48,865 nt of DNA from contig JAKEEQ010000091.1 of NCBI GenBank assembly GCA_022616515.1, positions 1-48,865 of the forward strand, written 5' to 3'. Numbering within the stretch: position 1 is the stretch's first letter; every line of letters starts with the position of its first letter. Under the pieces are notes generated by a model, which saw only the letters and a list, made by a program, of their open reading frames with translations, had not been told where the DNA came from and did no database searches. The stretch is from Chloroflexota bacterium (GTDB lineage Bacteria > Chloroflexota > Anaerolineae > Aggregatilineales > J027). Below are positions 8,241 to 17,444 of the stretch, in pieces. A program made the translations under genes and the position numbers.

Positions 8241-10889
8241 ATGTCAACAAGAGAGCACCAGCGACTAGATGCCCATCGAAACCATGAAACTAACTGGAAA
8301 CTGTGGGGACCGTACCTCAGTGAACGGGCCTGGGGTACGGTCCGCGAAGATTATAGCAGGGACGGGAATGCCTGGGATTTCTTCCCGCACGACCATGCCC
8401 GCAGTAGGGCGTACCGCTGGAATGAAGATGGACTGGCAGGCATAAGCGACCGCTATCAATATCTTTGCTTTGCACTGGCCCTCTGGAATGGTCAGGACCC
8501 GATCCTCAAGGAACGGCTGTTTGGCTTGACAGGCGAAGAGGGCAATCATGGCGAGGATGTCAAAGAATATTATTTCTATCTGGACAGCACCCCTACCCAC
8601 AGTTACATGAAAATGCTCTACAAATATCCACAGGTGGCATTCCCATATAGTGACCTCGTGGAAGAAAATAAGCGGCGTGGTTTTGAACAATTTGAGTATG
8701 AACTACTCGATACCGGCGTTTTTGATGACGACCGCTACTTTGATATTTTTATTGAATACGCCAAAGCCAGCGAACAGGACATTCTTATCCGAATCACAGC
8801 CGTTAATCGCGGTCCCGAACCTCACAAATTAACCCTATTACCGACGTTGTGGTATCGTAACATGTGGTGTTGGGGCTATTCCGATGGTCCAATGGGTGAT
8901 GTAACAGGCTTGCCAATCCTCAAACAGGTAGACTCTGCGCATATCCGGGGAGAACATCCGGCGCAGGGCGTTTATCATCTGTATGCGGATAACCCTGACG
9001 AATTCATCTTCACGAATAACGAAACCAACAATGAACGCCTCTTTGACCTTCCCAACCAATCATCCTACGTCAAAGATGCTTTTCACCGGTATATCACAAA
9101 TGGTGAGATTAACGCGGTGAATCCCGCTCGTGAAGGAACCAAAGCTACCGCCGTTTACAGGCAAACAGTCGCTGTTGGTGAGAGGTGGGAGATTCGCTTG
9201 CGACTGGCTGCTGGAGAGTTGCCAAGCCCCTTTGCTGATTTTGATAACGTGTTCTCAGAACGCATCGCTGAAGCCGATGAATTTTATGATGCGGTGCAAC
9301 TTAACTCTATCTCACAAGATGAACGACTTGTCCAGCGACAAGCCTACGCAGGCATGCTGTGGAGCAAGCAACTATACTACTATGATGTGGCTCAGTGGCT
9401 GGATGGCGACCCGGCATATGCGACCCCGCCATCTGAACGCCGCCGGGGTCGCAACAAAGACTGGCGGCATCTCAACAATTTCGACATTATCTCCATGCCA
9501 GACAAATGGGAATACCCCTGGTACGCCGTGTGGGATTTAGCCTTCCATTGCATTCCACTCGTCCACATAGACTCTCAGTTCGCCAAGCGCCAACTCGAAC
9601 TTATCACCCGCGAGTGGTATATGCATCCCAACGGTCAACTGCCTGCCTATGAATGGTCATTCACTGATGTCAATCCCCCTGTTCACGCCTGGGCTACCTG
9701 GCTCGTTTATCAAATTGATGGGCAATTGAGCGGCGACTATGACCGGGCATTTTTAGAGAGTATATTTCACAAATTGCTGCTGAATTTCACGTGGTGGGTA
9801 AATCGTAAAGATGAAGAGGGCGACAATATTTTCGAGGGCGGCTTTCTGGGCCTCGACAATATCAGCATCTTCGACCGCAGCCGAGAATTACCCGGTGGGA
9901 GCCGCGTTGATCAGGCTGATGGCACCGCATGGATGGGTTTTTTTGCGCTTTCTATGCTCAAAATCGCCTTGGAATTGGCTCGCGAAAATCCCGTTTATCA
10001 GGATATGGCAACAAAGTTCTATGAGCATTTTCTGGCAATTGCCAACGCAATGACCGAGGCAGGCCATCACGGGCACAGCCTCTGGGACGATGAGGACGAG
10101 TTTTTCTACGACATGCTGCATTTGCCGGACGGACAAGCCATCACTATAAAGGTAAGGTCTCTGGTGGGCTTGGTGCCGCTGCTGGCAGCCGAAACCATTG
10201 AGCCGTGGGTGCTTGAAGATATGGACGATTTCTGCCGTCGCATGAACTGGTTTACCCGGAATCGCCCCCACCTCGGCGAACACATGGCAAGCGTTTTTGT
10301 GAAAGGGCAAGGATCGCGCCGGTTGCTGTCGGTATTGACCAGAGAACGGCTAATTAAAATGCTGCGATATATGCTTGATGAAAACGAGTTTCTCTCCCCG
10401 TATGGCATTCGTTCTCTCTCAAAAGCGCATGAAATACCCTATGAAATGTCGATCAATGGCGAGCATCTAAGCATCAACTACCAACCTGCTGAATCAGAAA
10501 GCGGATTATTTGGCGGCAATTCGAATTGGCGCGGGCCAATCTGGTTCCCTATAAATTACCTATTGATCGAAGCGTTACGTCGCTTTCACCGCTACTATGG
10601 CGATGATCTTAAAGTCGAGATACCAACGGGTTCGGGAACAATGAAGACTCTTGCGGAAGTAGCCGATGAACTTGCGGAGCGTCTCATCCGTTTGTTCACA
10701 CTCGATACACACAATCATCGACCGATATATGGAAGTCTCGAAACTTTTCAGGAGACTCAACATTGGCGCGATCATGTGCTGTTTTACGAATATTTTCACG
10801 GAGACAATGGTGCCGGTTTAGGGGCTAGCCATCAAACCGGCTGGACAGGATTGATTGCACAATTAATCGACCAGATTGAGCGGAAATAA
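8241..10889 (+). CDS. GH63-like / MGH1-like glucosidase (large cytosolic glycoside hydrolase)
   Basis: 882 aa with no signal peptide. Segments such as WEYPWYAVWDLAFH, GGFLGLDNIS and NWRGPIWFPINYL resemble the (alpha/alpha)6-barrel GH63 / bacterial 'glucosidase' family as I recall it. AAGGGGA RBS precedes the ATG. Confidence 0.7.
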   Translation: MSTREHQRLDAHRNHETNWKLWGPYLSERAWGTVREDYSRDGNAWDFFPHDHARSRAYRWNEDGLAGISDRYQYLCFALALWNGQDPILKERLFGLTGEEGNHGEDVKEYYFYLDSTPTHSYMKMLYKYPQVAFPYSDLVEENKRRGFEQFEYELLDTGVFDDDRYFDIFIEYAKASEQDILIRITAVNRGPEPHKLTLLPTLWYRNMWCWGYSDGPMGDVTGLPILKQVDSAHIRGEHPAQGVYHLYADNPDEFIFTNNETNNERLFDLPNQSSYVKDAFHRYITNGEINAVNPAREGTKATAVYRQTVAVGERWEIRLRLAAGELPSPFADFDNVFSERIAEADEFYDAVQLNSISQDERLVQRQAYAGMLWSKQLYYYDVAQWLDGDPAYATPPSERRRGRNKDWRHLNNFDIISMPDKWEYPWYAVWDLAFHCIPLVHIDSQFAKRQLELITREWYMHPNGQLPAYEWSFTDVNPPVHAWATWLVYQIDGQLSGDYDRAFLESIFHKLLLNFTWWVNRKDEEGDNIFEGGFLGLDNISIFDRSRELPGGSRVDQADGTAWMGFFALSMLKIALELARENPVYQDMATKFYEHFLAIANAMTEAGHHGHSLWDDEDEFFYDMLHLPDGQAITIKVRSLVGLVPLLAAETIEPWVLEDMDDFCRRMNWFTRNRPHLGEHMASVFVKGQGSRRLLSVLTRERLIKMLRYMLDENEFLSPYGIRSLSKAHEIPYEMSINGEHLSINYQPAESESGLFGGNSNWRGPIWFPINYLLIEALRRFHRYYGDDLKVEIPTGSGTMKTLAEVADELAERLIRLFTLDTHNHRPIYGSLETFQETQHWRDHVLFYEYFHGDNGAGLGASHQTGWTGLIAQLIDQIERK

Positions 10890-10900
10890 ACGTTTTGTGT

Positions 10901-11542
10901 TCACAACATATCCTGAATCATCGCCCACACCTGCCCATAGTCTGGCAGTGGTTCAGTCCATAGCGTAGGAACGTGCAGCCGAAAACCGGGCAGTACAGAG
11001 GTTTCGTGCTCCTGTTGAGTATTCAACGACCGGGGCTGATAGTAACCTTCTTCGTTCAGGCGGTAAAACGTGCAGGTGCGTCTCATGGGATCAATAATCC
11101 AGTATTCAAAGACTTTGCCTTGCTCATATTCCTGAAGTTTTTCGCCATAATCTATCGCAACGCTTCCCGGAGAAATGACCTCAATACAAATGTTTGCCGG
11201 GCCATCCATAAACGTTTCTTTGAGATTGGCAAGATTATCCCCACAAATGACCTGCAAATCAGGTTGGCGGTTCGATTCGATTTCGCTGAGACGCATGACA
11301 AACGGATCGCTAAGTACTCTACATCCGTTTGTCTGTGACAGAAATGCCCGCAGAAGATCTCGCAAATAGTTGACAATTGCATCGTGTACAAGCGATACCG
11401 GAGCCATTCTCACAACTACCCCTTTAATCCACTCGTGGTGGTTTTCTGCGTACTGCGTCATATAGGTATCTTCGTCTATATCGACGGCAACGATTTCGCC
11501 GGAAGGCAGGCTTCGAGGAATGGTTATCGTCTGTAGATTCAT
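10901..11542 (-). CDS. Uma2-family (DUF820) putative endonuclease
   Basis: Typical size (213 aa) and family segments: HEWIKGVVVRMAPVSLVH, RQPDLQVI, EYWIIDP. Confidence 0.78.
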   Translation of the reverse strand: MNLQTITIPRSLPSGEIVAVDIDEDTYMTQYAENHHEWIKGVVVRMAPVSLVHDAIVNYLRDLLRAFLSQTNGCRVLSDPFVMRLSEIESNRQPDLQVICGDNLANLKETFMDGPANICIEVISPGSVAIDYGEKLQEYEQGKVFEYWIIDPMRRTCTFYRLNEEGYYQPRSLNTQQEHETSVLPGFRLHVPTLWTEPLPDYGQVWAMIQDML

Positions 11543-11805
11543 GTTGACCTCATCAACTCGATTTGCTTCTAGATTATAACACTGGTCCGGGTCTGATTAA
11601 TTGCCATGATAATCTGGTTTGAAAACATAAATGACATTGCTGCATAAAATAAACAGAAACTGCTTGATAAGGTGATTCCAGATGAAGCAAACTCTTTTTT
11701 ACTTAGGATTAAGGTGGGATATGGTTTGTAGACAAGAATCATATTTGGGTTGTGTTATACTCAGGGTAGTGTCCTGGATCGCAGAAAACACGTGTAAAAC
11801 ACTAA

Positions 11806-13384
11806 ATGAGTTGGCTGGCTCCGCGCAATTGGCTCCCACTATTGACCATTCCGTTGTTGATTGGGGTAATTGGTGCTACCAGTTTGCTGGGTGAGATGAG
11901 CGCGGGCATCACCCGGCTGGAGACGCCTTTCGCGCCCAACAGCACGGCGGATTACAGACCCTGGGGACGGGTGCGGTTTGGTCCGGTTAATGATCGGCTG
12001 AGCACCTCTGTTGCCGCCCAACAGCAGGCCACGCTGCGGGCGACTTCCGGCTTTGACCCGATGGTAGTCGCGGCACAATTAACGCCCACGCCGACCGTTA
12101 TCATCATCACCGACACCGTGACGCCATCGGCCACGCCAACCCGTACACCGACCGTGACTGCCAGTGTAACCGTCACACCGATCTCCACCGCAACGCCCTC
12201 ACTTACCAACACGGCCAGTCCGACCAGTTCAGCGACGACCGCACATACGCCAACGCGCACACCAACTTATACCCGTACCCCGACCAATACGCACACTGCA
12301 AAAGCGACTGCAACACGCACACCAACCTATACCCGTACCCCGACCGACACGCGCACAGCGACGGCAATCCACACCCGGACGCCAACACGAACATCAACCA
12401 TGACACCCCACCAACACCGTGGCCTTTATTCCGTCAGCAACCTTTACGGCGACCAACTCTTCCATGCCACCAACCAGCATACTGCCCAGCGCGACCGTCA
12501 CGCCAACCCACACGTTAACGCCGAGCAGTACAGCTACCTTTACCCGGACATCGACGGCAACTGTGACCAACACCGCATCTTTCACACCGACGGCAACCCC
12601 CTTTATAACCCTGCAACTGGCCTCGGTGTGCTCGACCGATCCTACTGTGACGCGCCGCTGGCGGGTGCGTAACCTGAACCCGTTTGCCGTACTGTTCGAC
12701 TGGGAACTGTTTGGCACTGGTCTCAGCGGTAGTGCGGTGACTCCCGCCAATTCTGACTATTTCTTCGAGACGCCCACGCAGGATGCCAACCTGATGATCA
12801 TCAGTGTGGGCGGGGTGGTGCAGGACACGAAAACCAGCGGCGGACAGGCATGTGCCACCGATACACCAACCAGCACCCTAACATTTACCGCGACCTTTGC
12901 GCCCAGTGATACCGCCACGTTGACGCCATCCAACATATCCACGAACACGTTCACACCAATGGATACCGCCACTCATACGGCAACATTTACCGCGACGAAT
13001 ACCACTACGCCCACGTCAACCGACACGCCAACCTTTACCCCATCCAATACAGTGACCGATACTGACACGCCGACCGCGACACCAACTGCGACATTCACGG
13101 GCACACCCACGTCGACAAACTCCAACACGCCGACGAATACGGCAACATTCACGCCGACTGCTACCTGGACGCCGAGCATCCAGTCAACGGATACCAACAC
13201 ACCTCCGGCCAGCGTAGGACCACCTATCACACCACTCGTGCAAGAATCGTCGCCCACAATAGTGGCGTATCTGGCCCTCAACCGGTCATCTGTCGTCGAC
13301 TGTGGCGAAGCCAGCACCAATCGCTTAGCCCCGCTGTCTCTGGTCGAGCGTATTATTCTCTGGTTCAACCGGGATGGGTGCTAG
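11806..13384 (+). pseudogene. Pro/Thr-rich repeat protein with an N-terminal hydrophobic anchor. The reading frame is broken by a 1-nt shift at the C4 run 12406-12409, giving track ORFs 11806..12672 and 12419..13384.
   Basis: Frame 1 reads a TPT-rich sequence up to ...RTSTMTP and then turns non-repetitive. Frame 2 resumes TPT-rich text immediately ([11 protein letters not shown]...). Removing one C gives ATG ACA CCC ACC AAC ACC GTG GCC = MTPTNTVA and one 525-aa ORF. Confidence 0.6.
12256..12345 (+). repeat. Imperfect 60-bp tandem repeat inside the PT-rich gene
   Basis: CGCACACCAAC(T/C)TATACCCGTACCCCGACC occurs at 12256-12285 and 12316-12345 (29/30 identical). Both copies encode [10 protein letters not shown]. 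Confidence 0.85.
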
Positions 13385-14520
13385 TCTGTCGTACGTTCAA
13401 TACGGGTTTGAACGCCGCCTCGTTCAATGACCACAAGTGCATTGTGTTCAAAATGAATACGGGTCATATCGTCCAGTAGAAAGGTCTTGCTATCCAGCGA
13501 AATGAGCGGGTGCTCGGTATAAAATCGATGAACTAATCGCCCAGCTTTGAAGGTTATTTGCCGGTCACCGTAGTATCCAACATATCGTTCCGGCAAATCG
13601 GGGATATAAGGATCGAGGCGGACGCGGAGATTCTCCCGCTCCCACTGGATAAACTCGGGTTGGCTGTCCTCCAGTAAATCCAACGCCAGTAGATGCGCGG
13701 TCAGCAGTGCTTCGTGATGGGGTACTGCAACATCGGGCTTGACACCTACCCGTTCCCAATTGGTTCCGGTGATTGGATTAACGGCTCTGGCATGAGGCAG
13801 ACGAAACTCGAAGCTGCCGTCGATCTGGTGATGGCCGGATAGATGCGCACCCCCACGTGTGCGTTCTCCGACCACCGTCGCACGTCCCAGTGCTTGAAGG
13901 TCATAAACTAACGCCTCCCCACCTGAGAATGTTGCTCCGCTGGTAAGGATATAGAGTGGAGTATCCGGCATCCGTGTGCCTGGAACCTGCTGTAGGGTAG
14001 TCAGTTTAATTGTGGTATTGGATGTCCGCCAGTAAACACCGCTGATCGGACGGGGTTCTTTATCAAAGAAATAACTGGCTATGAACTGGATCATGTCCGG
14101 TGCACCGCCCGTTACAAAACGGCAGTCCAGAATCACGGCATTCATAAAACCAACAAAAGCCATCACACCTTCGACAATCGGACCAGCGAGTTCAAGCGGC
14201 GGAAGTTCTCTCAGATCAACATAGCCGATATTGCCCTCCAGCCGTGTTACCGCATTAAAGCCCCAGTTTGATAATTTGGCACGGGCTTGATGGCGCTGCA
14301 TCGGGTCGAGTGGATCGGGATCATAGCGCAGGAGTAAATGCTGGTCATGCGGAATCAGTAATTCAGTGACAGCGTGAGCGAAAGTCGAGGGATCTGCTAT
14401 CCCATCAAACGCACCCTGCGAATAATGCATTTGCAGCCAGTCAGCAAGGCGTTCACCCTCTTCCTCAAAAACATAGCGTTCTCGTAAAAGGTTTGCTACT
14501 TGTTCAATAACATTTTTCAT
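13381..14520 (-). CDS. S41-family peptidase (IRBP / tail-specific protease-like, no PDZ seen)
   Basis: LTSGATFSGGEALVYDLQALGRATVVGERTRGGAH matches the S41 catalytic region. I prefer ATG 14520 (MKNVIEQV...) to track start 14616. Confidence 0.78.
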   Translation of the reverse strand: MKNVIEQVANLLRERYVFEEEGERLADWLQMHYSQGAFDGIADPSTFAHAVTELLIPHDQHLLLRYDPDPLDPMQRHQARAKLSNWGFNAVTRLEGNIGYVDLRELPPLELAGPIVEGVMAFVGFMNAVILDCRFVTGGAPDMIQFIASYFFDKEPRPISGVYWRTSNTTIKLTTLQQVPGTRMPDTPLYILTSGATFSGGEALVYDLQALGRATVVGERTRGGAHLSGHHQIDGSFEFRLPHARAVNPITGTNWERVGVKPDVAVPHHEALLTAHLLALDLLEDSQPEFIQWERENLRVRLDPYIPDLPERYVGYYGDRQITFKAGRLVHRFYTEHPLISLDSKTFLLDDMTRIHFEHNALVVIERGGVQTRIERTTD

Positions 14521-14584
14521 CAGTTTTTCCTGCCACCGTTTGTACAATAGGTTTTTTACCCCAGACCAGTGTTCTCCGCAATGC

Positions 14585-14613
14585 AAAAAAAATACCCCCT
14601 CATCACGAGGGGG
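14585..14613 (-). terminator. Rho-independent terminator of dnaK
   Basis: On the minus strand: CCCCCTC-GTGAT-GAGGGGG followed by TATTTTTTTT, about 30 nt after the dnaK stop. Confidence 0.8.
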
Positions 14614-14641
14614 CAATGTTATACCTTATGGTCAGGCAGGC

Positions 14642-16531
14642 TTACTCGCTGAATTCGCCTTCAATGACGTCTTCATCTTCACCAGTGCCGTCGCCCATAT
14701 CGCCCTCACCAGGCATACCACCGGCTTGACCCTGATCGTACATACTGGCTCCAACCTGTTGAAGCGCATTGCCAAGTGCCTCGGTTGCCGATCTGATTTG
14801 GTCGATATCATTACCTTCAAGAGCCTTGCGCACATCCTCGATCTTGCCGTTGACGTCGGATTTCACCCCTTCAGGAATTTTGTCGCCATATTCGCGCAGT
14901 GTCTTTTCAGCGGCAAATACGGTTGAGTCCGCTTGATTGCGCGTCTCGATTTCCTTCTTGCGCTGTTGGTCTTCCTCGGCGTGGGCTTCAGCGTCCTTAA
15001 CCATGTTGTTGATTTCATTCTCGCTGAGACCGCTGCTGGCCGTGATCGTGATTTTTTGTGCGCGACCCGTTGCCTTGTCTTGAGCACTCACGTTGAGAAT
15101 ACCATCCGCATCGAGGTCAAAGGTCACTTCGATTTGCGGAACGCCACGCGGTGCTGGCGGAATGCCATCCAGTATGAAGCGGCCCAGACTCTTATTGTCA
15201 GTAGCCATTGGCCGTTCACCCTGAACCACGTGGATTTCCACCTGTGTCTGGCTATCGCTGGCGGTGCTGAAAATCTGGCTCTTCTTGGCCGGAATGGTCG
15301 TATTACGTTCAATCAACGGTGTCGCCACGCCACCCAGCGTCTCAATGCTAAGCGTTAATGGTGTGACATCAAGCAGCAGTACGTCCTTGACTTCGCCACC
15401 CAACACACCAGCCTGAACAGCCGCGCCAATCGCAACCACTTCATCGGGATTCACACCCTTATGCGGCTCCATGTTGAAGAAGCCCTTGACCGCGTCTTGA
15501 ATGGCGGGCATACGGGTCATACCACCCACCAGAACAACATCATCAATGTCACTGGTCTTAACCCCGGCGTCCTTCAACGCCTTTTTTACTGGCTCCATTG
15601 TGCGGTCAATAAGGTCATGGACCAGTTCTTCCAGCCTGGAGCGTGTCAGATTCATCAATAGATGCTTCGGACCACTGGCATCAGCGGTAATAAAAGGCAG
15701 ATTGATTTCTACCGATTGTGTACTGGATAATTCCTTCTTCGCGTTTTCAGCAGCTTCTTTCAAACGCTGAAGCGCCTGACGATCATTGCGCAGGTCAATA
15801 CCCTGTTCCTTCTTGAATTCGTCAGCAATCCAGTTAATGATGCGCTCGTCGAAGTCGTCACCGCCTAAAAAGGTATCACCATTGGTGGCGCGAACCTCAA
15901 AGACGCCATCGCCAACATCCAGAATGGAGATGTCGAATGTACCACCACCCAGGTCATAAACAGCAATCGTCTTGTCTTCTTTGTTGCCAAGACCATAGGC
16001 CAGCGATGCCGCCGTCGGCTCATTGATAATACGCAGGACTTCCAGACCAGCAATCCGGCCTGCGTCTTTGGTCGCCTGTCGCTGTGCATCATCGAAATAA
16101 GCAGGTACGGTGATAACCGCGCGATCTACTGTTTGACCCAGATACGCTTCCGCATCAGCTTTCAGTTTTTGCAGGATCATGGCACTAATTTCGGGCGGGC
16201 TGTATTCGCGCTCATCCATCACGACGCGCAAATCACCATTTTGTGCTCTGGCAACACCATAGGGCACAATGTCGCGGGCGCGAACTACCTGTTCATCATC
16301 ATAACGACGGCCCATGAAACGCTTGACAGAGAAGATTGTGTTGGTCGGGTTCATCACTGCCTGACGACGAGCTGCTTGCCCAACAAGACGTTCTCCCTGT
16401 TTGTTCATTGCAACGACGGATGGGGTTGTGCGGTTGCCTTCACTGTTTGGAATTATTGTCGGTTCACCACCTTCCATAACAGCCATTGCGCTGTTGGTGG
16501 TTCCGAGGTCAATGCCGATAATCTTTCCCAT
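14642..16531 (-). CDS. dnaK: Molecular chaperone DnaK (Hsp70)
   Basis: [26 protein letters not shown] and [10 protein letters not shown] motifs. Full length at 629 aa with an acidic C-terminus. Confidence 0.98.
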   Translation of the reverse strand: MGKIIGIDLGTTNSAMAVMEGGEPTIIPNSEGNRTTPSVVAMNKQGERLVGQAARRQAVMNPTNTIFSVKRFMGRRYDDEQVVRARDIVPYGVARAQNGDLRVVMDEREYSPPEISAMILQKLKADAEAYLGQTVDRAVITVPAYFDDAQRQATKDAGRIAGLEVLRIINEPTAASLAYGLGNKEDKTIAVYDLGGGTFDISILDVGDGVFEVRATNGDTFLGGDDFDERIINWIADEFKKEQGIDLRNDRQALQRLKEAAENAKKELSSTQSVEINLPFITADASGPKHLLMNLTRSRLEELVHDLIDRTMEPVKKALKDAGVKTSDIDDVVLVGGMTRMPAIQDAVKGFFNMEPHKGVNPDEVVAIGAAVQAGVLGGEVKDVLLLDVTPLTLSIETLGGVATPLIERNTTIPAKKSQIFSTASDSQTQVEIHVVQGERPMATDNKSLGRFILDGIPPAPRGVPQIEVTFDLDADGILNVSAQDKATGRAQKITITASSGLSENEINNMVKDAEAHAEEDQQRKKEIETRNQADSTVFAAEKTLREYGDKIPEGVKSDVNGKIEDVRKALEGNDIDQIRSATEALGNALQQVGASMYDQGQAGGMPGEGDMGDGTGEDEDVIEGEFSE

Positions 16532-16561
16532 GTTTGGATCTCTCCTCGTAAATTGGCGTTC

Positions 16562-17122
16562 TTAGTTTGCAACACGGACCATTGCAGGACGAATGCATTT
16601 ACCATTCATTTTATACCCGGTTTGCACGACATCTATGACAGTACCACTCGCGTACTCATCAGAATCATCGCTGCCAATGGCCTCGTGGAAATTGTGATCG
16701 AAAGGTTCACCCAGCGGATTAATTGGTTCAATGCCATAACTATCCAGAACCGCACCGAACTTCTTGCCGATTAGTTCAACCCCTTGAAACCAGTCGTTTT
16801 CTTTGAATTCGCCCGGTGCGTTTTCAATGGCACGTTGAAGATCATCGAAGACAGGCAGCATTCGTGAAATGGTATCTGCGACAATTTGTGATCGCAGTTC
16901 ACCGCGTTCACGATCAATGCGTTTACGGAAATTCGAGAAGTCGGCACGCTCTCGTTGAAGCGCTTCCTTGAATTCTTCCTGCCGGGCAAGTGCTTCTTCG
17001 AGCTTTACAGCCAAATCGTTCTCCTCTACCGTTTCGACCTCAATATCTTCGTTGTCATCTTCCGGGAGTGTTGGTTCTTCCGGTAGGTCCCTTTCCGGTG
17101 ATTGGTTGAGCTTGTCCTCCAA
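16562..17122 (-). CDS. grpE: Nucleotide exchange factor GrpE
   Basis: Acidic N-terminus, coiled coil (QEEFKEALQRERADFSNFRKR) and a C-terminal beta domain (GYKMNGKCIRPAMVRV). It lies immediately upstream of dnaK. TTG start. Confidence 0.92.
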   Translation of the reverse strand: MEDKLNQSPERDLPEEPTLPEDDNEDIEVETVEENDLAVKLEEALARQEEFKEALQRERADFSNFRKRIDRERGELRSQIVADTISRMLPVFDDLQRAIENAPGEFKENDWFQGVELIGKKFGAVLDSYGIEPINPLGEPFDHNFHEAIGSDDSDEYASGTVIDVVQTGYKMNGKCIRPAMVRVAN

Positions 17123-17153
17123 CTTTTTAACCCTTGTTCTCTACCTTTTGCAT

Positions 17154-17176
17154 AAAAAACCCCGTTGAGTGCGGGG
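17154..17176 (-). promoter_or_regulatory. Terminator-like hairpin inside the grpE 5' leader
   Basis: On the minus strand: CCCCG-CACTCAA-CGGGG followed by TTTTTT, ending 32 nt upstream of the grpE TTG start. No minus-strand gene lies upstream that it could terminate. Confidence 0.5.
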
Positions 17177-17262
17177 ATAAGTTTACCTGAGACATGATAG
17201 ATTATTGTAAAAATTTTAGCTTTTAGCTATTAGAAATCTATCAAAATTTGTATGCAATTTCT

Positions 17263-17291
17263 ATCTTAGGAAAATCGCATGAAATTAGCAA
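17263..17291 (-). promoter_or_regulatory. Candidate sigma70-type promoter for grpE-dnaK
   Basis: On the minus strand: TTGCTA - 17 nt - TAAGAT. This would give a leader of about 130 nt. Confidence 0.35.
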
Positions 17292-17444
17292 GAATGTTAT
17301 AGCATTACCATCGCCAGAAAGCAACCCGTCTACCTCGATGGTGTGGGCTGCTTTTTATCTACACCTGATGATTCATAAACCATTTACCCCCAAAGACAGG
17401 ATTATCCACTATAATCAAAACGTAAAGCACAACAGTGGAGACTT

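Noticed and set aside
10901-11542. Possible mobile element or restriction system around the Uma2 endonuclease
   Set aside because: It is a single gene with no methyltransferase, transposase, integrase, flanking inverted repeats or direct repeats visible. Uma2 genes are common stand-alone genes in these lineages.
11682-11894. 70-aa plus-strand ORF upstream of and overlapping the PT-rich gene start
   Set aside because: No RBS and no motif. It overlaps the better-supported 11806 start in another frame, so the region is more likely 5' UTR or promoter.
11952-13368. Gly/Val-rich minus-strand ORFs (11952..12260, 12394..12750, 12757..12972, 12973..13368)
   Set aside because: They are reverse complements of ACN/CCN-rich Thr/Pro codons, which rarely create stops. 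They are a compositional artefact of the PT-rich gene.
17123-17444. Search for a CIRCE (HrcA) operator upstream of grpE
   Set aside because: Only an isolated GAGTGC hexamer is present, as part of the hairpin loop and stem at 17165-17172. There is no matching TTAGCACTC half-site at 9-nt spacing.
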